Source of the DNA: a virus
Taxonomy: Duplodnaviria > Caudoviricetes
Virus record (IMG/VR): IMGVR_UViG_3300009148_000002
Location: 1 to 64,000 of that record
Length of the DNA: 64,000 nt
Strand: one strand, 5' to 3'
Shown here: positions 24,875 to 34,440 of the stretch, piece after piece
Position numbering within the stretch: the stretch's first letter is position 1
Layout: the number at the start of each line of letters is the position of its first letter
Program-made: the position numbers and the translations under genes
The notes under the pieces: generated by a model
Told to the model about the DNA's origin: nothing
Seen by the model: only the letters and a program-made list of their open reading frames with translations
The model's database searches: none

Positions 24875-27800
24875 TTAGGCGAAAATCCTTCTGCGCCGCC
24901 TGCGTCTGATCGTAGCGAGCCTGCTACCGCGCCGCAGCGACGAACGCGGGCGTATGCGCCGACTTCGACCGAGCAGGCTACGCCCACGCGAAAGAACGCG
25001 GATGCCGCCAGCGGCCACGCCTGAGCCAAGGCTGATCCTTTGCGATGGTCCTAGCGAAAGGCTTGGAAAGCTCGTGCCAGACGCGACGGGCGTTGCGCCT
25101 ACGGAGGCCAGCGCCGTATTGCTGGCATTGCGATACGCCTGCTGGACAACTTTCCGCGCTTCCGCTTCAGGCAATCCAGACACATCGACGTTTTGCAATG
25201 CCGCCTTGAAAGCTTGCCCTCGCGCCACGACGTATTTCTCAAGTTCTTCCGGTTTCATTGGCCGGATCGTGCCGTTGAAATCGTAGCCTTTGTTTCGTCC
25301 CACTTCCGGCGTCGAGTAGTTCGCCATGAAGATTTGCTGATAGGCATGATTGGCTTTCAGATCGTCTTCTGAACCAAAACCTACACCGCCAGTCAACACC
25401 TGCAAAACCCGCGTGGCCGCATTCGGATTCACCAACGGATCACCGAGCGAATTAACGCGCTGATGCGGACTCCACGGATTTGGTGTGAGCAGTTCAAGCA
25501 CCGTCGCAGTGCGCGTGTCCATGCTCGTGCCTAACATGCGCGAGACTTCCTGCCATGCCGGTATGCCGGGCAGATACGGCGCGGCGAGCGAGGCAACCGC
25601 CTTGTTCAGCTTGAAATCACCGTAATCAGAGAATGACTGAATCGCTCCCGTGGCCGTCCGACCGCCTGTGAACGCACCGTAGATGCCTTGGGCGATGACG
25701 CCAAGCATGTCACCCAACCCGACCGGCTTAACCTTTCCGGCGATTGTTCCTTTGCGCTTTGCCTCGGCGTCGAGTCGCGCCTGTTCGCGAGCTTGGTTGG
25801 AATAGAGGCGCTGAATCCCGCCAATCATGTAGAGCGGCGAGGCGACGAAGCTAAACGGCGACATCTGGATCGGATACGCAGCCCACTGCTTGCCGTCATC
25901 GGACAGAAACTCAACCGTGTTCAGCTTGTGACCACCCGCAATGAACTTTTCCTTTTCCTCTTTGTCCTTCGGATATTGCGTGTGAACGATCAGCTTGCCA
26001 GCCGCCGCTAGCGCAGTCAGGACGCCGATTGCCGCCAAGCCTTCGATAGCCTCGATGCGCCGCTGCCGGATATTGCGTTCGCCTTGATACCACGGTGAGT
26101 CGCCGAAGCCCCAACCGCCGAACAGCCCGCCGCCCATAAACGTCAGCATCCGGTTGGTTGCCGTGCCCATTGCGTTACCGAACGAGAACAGTCCGCCAAG
26201 CGGCACGCCACGCTCCTGAGCCGCCTTGCGGATACCTCCAATAGTCGAAGCAATGATACCTCCGACACCACCTGTCTCTGGTAAATTCCAACCGTAAAGC
26301 TCGCGCAACATCTGATTCTCAGCACGGAAATCCGTGGCGCTGCCGGTCGCCTTCTGCATTTGATCGTAAGTCGTGTTCAGCAGAATTGCCCAAGCATTCT
26401 TCTCAAGCTCTTTCTTGTCCGTTGGCAAGCCACGTTCCTCAGCACTGAGTCTGGCTTCTTCAATCGCCTGAGTCATGGCCACGCGAATGTTGCCGAAGAT
26501 TTCGTCCTCTACCATTTTGATCTGCGCTGCGTTCTTGCCTTGCGCACGCAATTCCGTAACAAGTTGCTGGCGCATCTCCTGCCACTCCGCACCGACGGCC
26601 TGTGCCACGTCCAGCGTAGCAGCCACGCGATAGCCAGCGCGAAGGATTGTAGCCGTTCGGATGGCTCGCGCTGCGGCCATGTTGCCTTTCGCCTCCAATT
26701 CATCCGCCTTGGCCAGCATTCTGTCGAAGATGCCGATGCTTTGTTTCATGCGGTCGAGTGTCTTTTGATCCGCCGCACCGTGGAGCGTTGCCTTCATTGC
26801 CCGCCACGTTTCCTTGAACGATTCGACGCTCGCCTTGGACATTTCCGTGAGAGATGCGTGTAAATCAGCCAGCGTTTGCCGGCTGAATCCACCATCCGCC
26901 GCCGCTCTTTCGAGAACGTGAGCAAGCGCACGGTTGGCACGGTTCAACGGGATGGAAACAATCCCGGCGTCCATGAACTGACGGACAAGGAAACCGAACT
27001 TGAAAAGCAGGTTCGCTGCCGCCACTTCATCGGCAGCCTTCGCGTTATTCTTGGCCACGGTCGGATTCGTCAACCATTGCGACCACTTGATCGGCATGGA
27101 CCAGCGCGACCAATTGGCCTGAATCTTCTTGATAAGCTCTAAGCGTTGAGTTTGGGTTGCTGCCTCTGCCGCGCTGGTTGCCTTGGCCACATCACCGCCC
27201 GCATCGGCGAGTTGACGTGGTGATGGTGTTCGCAGCCTGATTTCTTCCTCAGCCCAAGCTTTAAGTTGCGCCTTCTGCTCCGGCGTCGGCACGGTCCACT
27301 TGTTCGCACGGGCGTTTTCTTCCAAGGCGCTCTCGGCGTCGAAATATCCCGCACGCACACCGCGCTCAATCGCCTGCCAGAGCGTCTTGCCTTTCTTGAT
27401 CTCGCGCTTCTGCTGCGGGCCAAGCTCGGCCTTCACCTTATCCAGAGCTTTCGTCCGCGCCCTGAGCAGCGGCCCCGGAGATTCCTTGGTTCCTTCAAGT
27501 GATTTGTAGATGAGGTTCGCCAGTTCATCCGCTTGATCGCCGGTTAACCCAAGGCGCTTCACCAGTGCATCAGAAATGTCCTGTTTGATCTCGTTGAGAT
27601 TGTAGCGCGGCGATTCCAGAATCGTGTTCATCAATTCCGTCATCGAAGGCAGGAGCTTTCGGATGGATGAATTCTCGGCAGCGCGTTGGAGTAGTTCTGG
27701 ATCGCTCAGGCGAGGATCGTCGAGTAATCCGGCGTTAATCTTCTCACGCAAGGAACGCAGTTTGTCCGGGTCTGTGACGCTCGCGGCCCTCTCAGCGAAC

Positions 27801-30800
27801 ACAGCATCGCGAATGTCCTGCCGTCTGTTCGCCAGTTGTTCGCCGATTTGATCTCTCACCAATCTGTTAACCCGCTCAATCGTTTCCGGCGTGGCGTTCT
27901 TCAGGTTCATGTTCGCCGCCAAGTCGGCTGAGTAGGCGTCAAACACGCGCTGCACTTCCGAATCTGGAGACTTGGCAAGCTCGCGGAGATTGATTCTCGT
28001 CTCGGCTGGCTTCGCGATTGGCTTGCCGAATTGCAAACCTTGAAAATCAGCGGCGAGCAATCGCTGAGTCAGCTTCAAAGTGATGGGTGAATAACCGAGA
28101 GCGATGTCGTCTCGAATACGTTTCCAATGCGCGAACTCAGGCAAGAGCAAGCCGCGCTCAATTTGCTCCAAGGAAGGCTCAACATCGCCACGGCCAATCA
28201 TCGCCTTGTCGTCTTCGCTAACTTGAGGATCAGCCAGCGCCACTTTTCGGCCAGCATTCAGTTCGGCTTCCTCAACCGCACGCGCAATCATGTCTGTCAG
28301 CCGCGCATCGGCACCCGGCGTCACCATGCGTAGCACCTTTTCTAAAGGCGTCATTTTATCAGATGGCTTCAGTGTCGGATTGCCCAACTCAGCAAGAATC
28401 TTGTTGAACGCTTCTTCGACATCGGCGGTGCGGCCAAGCTTCTCCAACGTCGGCTTAATCTTCGGCTTTAACGCCTGCTGAATCTTGCGGTAAAGCCGTC
28501 CACCTTGATCGCGCTCGTTCGCCTGAAGCAAACGCTGAACGGTTTCTTGAAGATGCAACGGATTCAGCGCCGTCTCGATTTCTTTGGCCGTGAAGAACTC
28601 TCGGAATGCGGTGACGATCTTTTGGAGAGTTTCCGAAATCACTTCGCCGCCTAGATTGTCATGCCAGATGCTTCGCAAGTGGATGTCCAGATTCATCGCG
28701 ATTTCTGACAGGCTGGCGCTGAACTGATTAAGCTCGCCTAGTTGTGTGCCGCGTCGGCTTGCTTCGCTCTGAGCGAGTCGGAACAGGCGGTAGCGAGTCG
28801 GTGTCGCCATGTCCACAAGTGCGCTGTTCGGATTCTTGAAGTTCTCGCGAATCGTGTTGAGCAACATGCCGACTGGCCTCTCCGTAGCAGTGCCTTGCTG
28901 CTTCAACTGCTGCTCAAAGGCATCGGCCAGACGGTTGCCTTCCGCCGTCATGTCGAAGCCCGTGCGCGGCAGAAAGTAAATGCTCTGCTGTTGCCCGCCT
29001 TCTTCCTTCGGCTTGGTGTAAGTCTCAAGCCTAATGTCTTTGAAGCCCGCAGCACGCAAGGCTTCATCTGCGTTCGAGATGTTCTGAGCGGTTCGCTCTG
29101 GCGTGATGCCTTCCTTGCTAGCGACTGTGAATACACTGTTAAGAACTTTGGTTTCGACACCCGGCTTCGCTGCTTCCACAACAGGCTCAGGCTCGGCAGG
29201 AGGCGGCGGAGGCGCGGCGGGTGGAACGGCAGCCGGTTGAGCCTCAGCCGTGGTGGGCAAAGCTGCTGTCGCGGGTGGTGGTGTTTCGGCTTGAGGTTTT
29301 GGTGCGAGAGTTATGTCGTCAGCGCCAGAGGCGTACTCAGTTCTCCCAAACTTAGTTTTAACCTCAAGCTCTCTTTGCCCCGTGCTCGGATTTAACTTAT
29401 CACCAACAACGGTTCCGACGATTCTGTGTCTTATAGTGCCCGGTTCGGTAAATTCAATAACCGTTCCGACTGGCATAAGCTCAATCAGTTCGCGAACCTT
29501 CGGCGCAGCTTGGGAAGCGGGCGGTTCGACGGGCGTGCGCTCGCCTGAGATGCTTGCTTGAACTGACTCACCTTCAGCAAGGATGTTGTTTCCGGTGCGT
29601 CTCGCCTCTCGCTGAACTGCCAGATATTTGCGCCTGATCGAATCAGAAATCTTTTGCTTCAACGCGAAGTGCGCCGCATCGAAAGCGGCTTGTTTATCTC
29701 CACGTTGGGCAACCCATTCCTTCGCGCTGAAATCTTTCGAGCGTGCGGCATCCGCAAGCTGATTCACGCCAGTTGTCCATTTTGGTTCGTAGCCAGTCGT
29801 CTTCGCCTGCTCCGTCTTCCCAAGCTTCTCCAAGTCCGTGCCCAACCATTCGCGGAGCTTGGTTTCGTCGATTTTGTCGAAATCCTCAACGTTGCCGCGC
29901 AGATGTGCTATGACATTCGCAATAGCAGTCGATATTCCACGGCCTTTCAACAAGAGATCAATTCCGATTTGAAGTGCGCTGTTCCATGTGTCCGTCGCAA
30001 TCGACTTGAAAATCTCCGGGTGCGGAAACGAATACGTCCCCGGCTTGTCATCCTTCTTCACCTTCCAGCTTTCCAGCTTGGCGATGAGTGAATCAATTGT
30101 CCCTGACTGTTCAGTTAATGCACCAGCCGACCATCGCTCCCTTTCAGACGCAGACATTTCTTCAATGTTTCTTGCCTGCCGCTCTCCAACCACGCCGACA
30201 GTTTCTTCTGGTGTTAAAAATTTGCCAGCTTTAGTCGCGAAACCGGATTCCAAATCGCGAGAGCCAGCGTTCGGGATTGTGTCCAAAACCAAACCGTGAG
30301 TCGGCTGTCCGTACCAAACCTCTCCTGTTTTTTTATCCCTCATTGCAGCCGATGTCGGCGCTGTTTCTTTCTGCTCCGCCGCTGGATTTCGTAGGATGCC
30401 GCGACGCCCGACGCTACCGCGTTCTTCCGCCCCTTGGCCTTGAAGCTGTGTATCAGTTCCGCCGCGTTGGCGTTCCGTGCTTTGTTCGACGTTCCTTTGC
30501 TGAGTGGCATTGTATTGCTCCTGTGTGGGTATGGCTGGCAGTTTGAAGCCGAGAGATTCCAGCGTGTTGCCCGTGAGTGTCGAGTCCTTCGTGAACTTGT
30601 CCACGTCCTGAGTGAGATTGAACAACGGCAATGCTTTTCCATCCGCCGTCTCCTGATAGCCGATGAATTTCGCCGGAGCCTCTTGCCGGGCTTCGTACTG
30701 CTTCGCGCTGGAAATATCACTCGCCGCCCGTGTGGCCGAGCTGAAGAATGGCGAACTCACCGCCGCCATCACGCCCGCTTCCAACACTCGCGGCCAGTTC

Positions 30801-31720
30801 TTGCTGAACGTAGCGTCGTAGGTTTTGTCCGTGAACTTGTTCGCCGCGATGTCGAGGATTTCCTGAATCGCTTCCGTCGATCCTTCCCATCCCGCCGCCT
30901 TGGGCACTTCGCGAAACGCCCGTTTCACCACTTGGCCCCACACCAGCTTCTTCATCGGTGCTTCCGCCGCGTCCAACACGCTCCCGAATATCTTGAATCC
31001 AGACAGCGTATCCAGCGCCGCCTTGGCACCGCCAAACGCCAGCGCAGTCCACGGCGCATCTTGGCCGGTTTCTTCCTGAATGCCGCCGTATGTCTCGCCG
31101 ACGTTCTGCGCTGCACCCGATGCCGACACCGTGCCGACGGTGAGCAGATTCGCCAGACGCGGCCCCCAACCAAGCGCCGTAGCGCCCACTCGCGCCGCCC
31201 CACCCGGCCCGATCATCGAAAGCATGTTCGGCACCTGTTGCGCCGTCCGCGTGGCCACGTAGTTCAGGAAGTTCGACGGCGACTCGACAGCTTCACCGAA
31301 GTTTTCCACCTTCTCATCCGGGATAGCCTTGGCGATGTCATCAAACTTCTGGCCTTGATCGTGCAGATATTTCTTGAATGAATCCAAGCCGGTGAGTGTC
31401 GCAGCAAGTTCGCCTGCCTTGAGCAGCGTCTTATCCAGATTCGCCGCCCCGCGCACGAACGAACGGCCAACTTCCGTGCTGGTAATCGCTCCAATAACCG
31501 GATTCTGCTGCGCTTGGAAGGATTGTATCTGTGCCTGACGCCGACGCTCGCGTTCCGCACGGCTGATGGTAGGAAAAAGCGGCGCATCGACTCTGGCCGG
31601 CTGCGGAAGCTCGGAAGAACTCAGTAGATTCGGCCCGCCATCGTCTCCGTCACCCTCAACACCAAACGCCGATGGCGGTTTCAACGCCAGCAATTCGTCA
31701 TCGGTTAAAGTCAAGGCCAC
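24875..31720 (-). CDS. 2281-aa protein, probable internal virion/DNA-ejection protein
   Basis: Size, helical Ala/Gly-rich composition and position after other ejection-like genes; no family assigned. Confidence 0.6.
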   Translation of the reverse strand: MALTLTDDELLALKPPSAFGVEGDGDDGGPNLLSSSELPQPARVDAPLFPTISRAERERRRQAQIQSFQAQQNPVIGAITSTEVGRSFVRGAANLDKTLLKAGELAATLTGLDSFKKYLHDQGQKFDDIAKAIPDEKVENFGEAVESPSNFLNYVATRTAQQVPNMLSMIGPGGAARVGATALGWGPRLANLLTVGTVSASGAAQNVGETYGGIQEETGQDAPWTALAFGGAKAALDTLSGFKIFGSVLDAAEAPMKKLVWGQVVKRAFREVPKAAGWEGSTEAIQEILDIAANKFTDKTYDATFSKNWPRVLEAGVMAAVSSPFFSSATRAASDISSAKQYEARQEAPAKFIGYQETADGKALPLFNLTQDVDKFTKDSTLTGNTLESLGFKLPAIPTQEQYNATQQRNVEQSTERQRGGTDTQLQGQGAEERGSVGRRGILRNPAAEQKETAPTSAAMRDKKTGEVWYGQPTHGLVLDTIPNAGSRDLESGFATKAGKFLTPEETVGVVGERQARNIEEMSASERERWSAGALTEQSGTIDSLIAKLESWKVKKDDKPGTYSFPHPEIFKSIATDTWNSALQIGIDLLLKGRGISTAIANVIAHLRGNVEDFDKIDETKLREWLGTDLEKLGKTEQAKTTGYEPKWTTGVNQLADAARSKDFSAKEWVAQRGDKQAAFDAAHFALKQKISDSIRRKYLAVQREARRTGNNILAEGESVQASISGERTPVEPPASQAAPKVRELIELMPVGTVIEFTEPGTIRHRIVGTVVGDKLNPSTGQRELEVKTKFGRTEYASGADDITLAPKPQAETPPPATAALPTTAEAQPAAVPPAAPPPPPAEPEPVVEAAKPGVETKVLNSVFTVASKEGITPERTAQNISNADEALRAAGFKDIRLETYTKPKEEGGQQQSIYFLPRTGFDMTAEGNRLADAFEQQLKQQGTATERPVGMLLNTIRENFKNPNSALVDMATPTRYRLFRLAQSEASRRGTQLGELNQFSASLSEIAMNLDIHLRSIWHDNLGGEVISETLQKIVTAFREFFTAKEIETALNPLHLQETVQRLLQANERDQGGRLYRKIQQALKPKIKPTLEKLGRTADVEEAFNKILAELGNPTLKPSDKMTPLEKVLRMVTPGADARLTDMIARAVEEAELNAGRKVALADPQVSEDDKAMIGRGDVEPSLEQIERGLLLPEFAHWKRIRDDIALGYSPITLKLTQRLLAADFQGLQFGKPIAKPAETRINLRELAKSPDSEVQRVFDAYSADLAANMNLKNATPETIERVNRLVRDQIGEQLANRRQDIRDAVFAERAASVTDPDKLRSLREKINAGLLDDPRLSDPELLQRAAENSSIRKLLPSMTELMNTILESPRYNLNEIKQDISDALVKRLGLTGDQADELANLIYKSLEGTKESPGPLLRARTKALDKVKAELGPQQKREIKKGKTLWQAIERGVRAGYFDAESALEENARANKWTVPTPEQKAQLKAWAEEEIRLRTPSPRQLADAGGDVAKATSAAEAATQTQRLELIKKIQANWSRWSMPIKWSQWLTNPTVAKNNAKAADEVAAANLLFKFGFLVRQFMDAGIVSIPLNRANRALAHVLERAAADGGFSRQTLADLHASLTEMSKASVESFKETWRAMKATLHGAADQKTLDRMKQSIGIFDRMLAKADELEAKGNMAAARAIRTATILRAGYRVAATLDVAQAVGAEWQEMRQQLVTELRAQGKNAAQIKMVEDEIFGNIRVAMTQAIEEARLSAEERGLPTDKKELEKNAWAILLNTTYDQMQKATGSATDFRAENQMLRELYGWNLPETGGVGGIIASTIGGIRKAAQERGVPLGGLFSFGNAMGTATNRMLTFMGGGLFGGWGFGDSPWYQGERNIRQRRIEAIEGLAAIGVLTALAAAGKLIVHTQYPKDKEEKEKFIAGGHKLNTVEFLSDDGKQWAAYPIQMSPFSFVASPLYMIGGIQRLYSNQAREQARLDAEAKRKGTIAGKVKPVGLGDMLGVIAQGIYGAFTGGRTATGAIQSFSDYGDFKLNKAVASLAAPYLPGIPAWQEVSRMLGTSMDTRTATVLELLTPNPWSPHQRVNSLGDPLVNPNAATRVLQVLTGGVGFGSEDDLKANHAYQQIFMANYSTPEVGRNKGYDFNGTIRPMKPEELEKYVVARGQAFKAALQNVDVSGLPEAEARKVVQQAYRNASNTALASVGATPVASGTSFPSLSLGPSQRISLGSGVAAGGIRVLSRGRSLLGRSRRIRPRSSLRRGSRLATIRRRRRRRIFA

Positions 31721-31786
31721 GTAGGTATTATGTGGCCTAATGCAATAGATAAGTCAATAAAAGTGATGGCGCTGTGAAACTTTTTG

Positions 31787-31814
31787 TTGACAAGCAATCG
31801 TATGATGGTATGCT
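31787..31814 (+). promoter_or_regulatory. sigma70-type promoter with extended -10
   Basis: TTGACA-16-TATGCT with TG at the extended -10 position; predicted +1 near 31821. Confidence 0.7.
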
Positions 31815-31820
31815 GCGCGA

Positions 31821-31952
31821 GTTCTTTGAGAGCGGGGGAGTCAATTGCTTGCATGAACGTGATGCAGGTCGGAGTGCAAGACGCCGACGGCAAAATTGTC
31901 ACGGCTGCATTAAAAACAGCCAGCTTGAGTAACCGCCCCGCTCTCAGGGAAC
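31821..31952 (+). ncRNA. Candidate structured ncRNA, unit 1
   Basis: 17-bp closing stem GTTCTTTGAGAGCGGGG / CCCCGCTCTCAGGGAAC around three hairpins. Confidence 0.6.
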
Positions 31953-31961
31953 ACCTGAGAT

Positions 31962-32052
31962 GTTCTTTGAGTGCTGGTGGCTAAGTTGCTACTCCATCGC
32001 GGTAGGTTCGTCTCAATGCCTCCAACGCGATAGCCGCCAGCGCTCAGAGAAT
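31962..32052 (+). ncRNA. Candidate structured ncRNA, unit 2
   Basis: 22-bp closing stem GTTCTTTGAGTGCTGGTGGCTA / TAGCCGCCAGCGCTCAGAGAAT with G-U pairs. Confidence 0.6.
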
Positions 32053-32054
32053 AA

Positions 32055-32249
32055 ATGAAAACATTTGAAATCATCGCGGCTAACGGCAACCGCTACAAAA
32101 TTGTTGCCGACCACTATGTTGTTGGAGGCAGTAAAGAATTCGTCACAAATCGTGACACAATTTATTTCTACGCGGAGGACGGCACCGTTGCGGCCACGGC
32201 TGTCACAAGGAATGTTGTGCTTATAGCACCACTCGGCGAAATAACATGA
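32055..32249 (+). CDS. Hypothetical protein (moron-like island)
   Basis: First ORF after the ncRNA units. Confidence 0.65.
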   Translation: MKTFEIIAANGNRYKIVADHYVVGGSKEFVTNRDTIYFYAEDGTVAATAVTRNVVLIAPLGEIT

Positions 32250-32440
32250 ACTCCTACCGCTGCAACGTGTGCAAGAAAGTCGTGAAGCGAGATAGCACCA
32301 AGCTGTGGATTAAATCGGTGTGCGCTAGCGGCGGCACATGCGGGTGGTCGAGGCTCTACCGGCTCGCGCCCAATGCCGCGAGACTATGGAAAAGGAATGA
32401 TGCCGCGATAGCCAAAAAGTTTAACGCGGTCGCTTTTTGA
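32246..32440 (+). CDS. Cys-containing basic hypothetical protein
   Basis: ATGA-coupled. Confidence 0.6.
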   Translation: MNSYRCNVCKKVVKRDSTKLWIKSVCASGGTCGWSRLYRLAPNAARLWKRNDAAIAKKFNAVAF

Positions 32441-32441
32441 A

Positions 32442-32780
32442 ATGAAGAAGCACAACTTAAAAAATCTCGCGCCGAAGATCGCCACAAATATCAAGCAGTG
32501 CGGAAACGTTACCGCCTGCTCACCAAATCAGCCAAGCGCGGCGATACTGGCAAATGTGTTTGGCATTAACTGGAAGAAGATGAACGAGGCGAACGCAAGG
32601 CGTCGAAAAAGGCGACCTATCGGCGCACTTGGGTTGTATGATTTTCTGACATGGAGTGGGCGTTGTGAAGATGTGAAGAAAGCTATGAAGGCTCTCAGGC
32701 AATTCAAGAAACCGACAGCGGAAATCCACTTCGACAAAGACGTCTATCCCGACGGCGTGATCTGCCGGTGGAAGTATTGA
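32442..32780 (+). CDS. Hypothetical protein
   Basis: Operonic ORF. Confidence 0.6.
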   Translation: MKKHNLKNLAPKIATNIKQCGNVTACSPNQPSAAILANVFGINWKKMNEANARRRKRRPIGALGLYDFLTWSGRCEDVKKAMKALRQFKKPTAEIHFDKDVYPDGVICRWKY

Positions 32781-32781
32781 A

Positions 32782-32982
32782 ATGAACATCCGAATCCAAC
32801 ACGAATACGCCATGTACTTGGTTCGTGAATTAAACTACGGAATGAACTGGAAGTTTCAACCGAGTTATTACGCGAAGCTAAATGCGAGACGCGAGCGCCG
32901 CAATCCAAACCGTCGCCAGCCGTGGTTTGGCGACAAGCGCAACGCCGCGTGGAAGTCGCGATTCTATTTCAAATACGCTTGA
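32782..32982 (+). CDS. Basic aromatic-rich hypothetical protein
   Basis: Operonic ORF. Confidence 0.55.
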   Translation: MNIRIQHEYAMYLVRELNYGMNWKFQPSYYAKLNARRERRNPNRRQPWFGDKRNAAWKSRFYFKYA

Positions 32983-33029
32983 CGGATGTGCCGGTTTTGA
33001 GCAAGACAAAGCAACAGTAAGGCTGAATA

Positions 33030-33551
33030 ATGAGAAGTGAAAGAGTCAGACTGGCTATCGTAGCAGCCATTGAAGACGGATTAAAATACAAGGATGGAAA
33101 GGTTATTTCTCCATTTGGCAGGGTGCTTTCACCGTATCTAATGCGTAATGGTTATTACGGCATTAACATCTGTTCCCGTCTTGTAAAGGTGCGTATTCCA
33201 TTTGGAAGACTTGTGTGTTGGTTGGTTCACGGGCCTCCGCCTTCTGATAAGCACGATGTCGATCACATTGACAGGAACAGTGCGAATAATGCGCCTTCAA
33301 ATCTCCGATGGTTACTTCACCGAGACAACCTTGAGAATATGCGAAACAAAGATGCTCACAGGGAAGCTATGCGCCATGTCGGTGAGAAAAATCACAGCGC
33401 CAAACTGACCGATGTATCTGTGTTGGCTATTCGCACGTCCTTCAACAAAGGCGATAGAATTAAGGACTTAGCCATCGCGCATAATGCGTCACCGCAAGCC
33501 ATCATCGGTGTCGTTTATGGACGCGCATGGAAGCATGTGGTGAGCGCATGA
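33030..33551 (+). CDS. HNH endonuclease with C-terminal HTH (NUMOD-type)
   Basis: VDHIDRNSANNAPSNLRWL; GEKNHSAKLT. Confidence 0.9.
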   Translation: MRSERVRLAIVAAIEDGLKYKDGKVISPFGRVLSPYLMRNGYYGINICSRLVKVRIPFGRLVCWLVHGPPPSDKHDVDHIDRNSANNAPSNLRWLLHRDNLENMRNKDAHREAMRHVGEKNHSAKLTDVSVLAIRTSFNKGDRIKDLAIAHNASPQAIIGVVYGRAWKHVVSA

Positions 33552-33595
33552 CGACGATTGCGGTGCTGTTTGGACACTGACTCGCGAGGTTGGAA

Positions 33596-34438
33596 CTACC
33601 TCCACAAACCCGGAAAACCAGCACCGCCTTGGAACTGAGCTTTCCAGATGTCGAATATTGTCGGGCCGGCTTGTTGTAGATTTGGCTGGACGGCAGATGT
33701 GGGCGGCAGCACTGGTGCGTCAGAATACAGGTCGTTTGACTTCAAAGCAGCCGGACCGGAAAGTATTGGAGGTAAACCTATCTGATTTTGTGGTGTGGTC
33801 GCAGTGACGCCTGTGGCCGGCGTGGTAACTGCACCAGAAGCAGGAGGCATCTGATTCTTCAACGGATTGAACTCAATGCCAAAATTCTTCGCCGCTTTAT
33901 CCAATGCGTCCAGCTTGGCTTTCTTTTCCGCAAAAGCTTCCGACAACGCGTACCATTTCTTGTTCAAAACCGGGTCTGCATTTATCCGAGCGCGTCCAGT
34001 TGTGGTCTGAGAAAGTGCAGCGATTGGCGTCAATTCTCGACGGATTACATCAAGCTCACCTTCAAGGATCGGTTTCTGAATGTGATACTGATTGTTGAAA
34101 TCCTCGCGCTGGCTCATCCAAGTGAGATTGTCCACGTCACGCGCCGTCGGCCTCTCAGCCTGCTTTCTCAAGATGTCCAGTTGCGTGTCGCGCTGCCGGT
34201 TCTCAACCACGGCCTGAGCCTGCCGATCCGCCCTGTCGCGTTCAGACAGCGATAGCTGCGTCATCAGGCGTTGGTTCTCAGCATCGAGGCGCTGTTTCTC
34301 AAGGCGATTACGCGCCAGCAAGCTAAGGAATTGCTGTTCCGATTGGCTTCTTGCGTCACGAGCAGCCCGCGTGCGTTCCGCGTCAGAATTGACGAGCGGA
34401 ATCGAACCACCGTTCGGGCCTGTGTAAAAGTAATCCAT
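33596..34438 (-). CDS. Putative ejection/internal virion protein
   Basis: Gln/Arg-rich coiled coil; position. Confidence 0.45.
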   Translation of the reverse strand: MDYFYTGPNGGSIPLVNSDAERTRAARDARSQSEQQFLSLLARNRLEKQRLDAENQRLMTQLSLSERDRADRQAQAVVENRQRDTQLDILRKQAERPTARDVDNLTWMSQREDFNNQYHIQKPILEGELDVIRRELTPIAALSQTTTGRARINADPVLNKKWYALSEAFAEKKAKLDALDKAAKNFGIEFNPLKNQMPPASGAVTTPATGVTATTPQNQIGLPPILSGPAALKSNDLYSDAPVLPPTSAVQPNLQQAGPTIFDIWKAQFQGGAGFPGLWR

Positions 34439-34440
34439 GC

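Noticed and set aside
24954-31587. Plus-strand ORFs inside the 2281-aa gene (e.g. 30434-31381)
   Set aside because: Antisense shadows with Arg/Ala-skewed composition
32460-32525. attC half-site in ORF 32442-32780
   Set aside because: Only a loose R''-like string; no complementary L' arm
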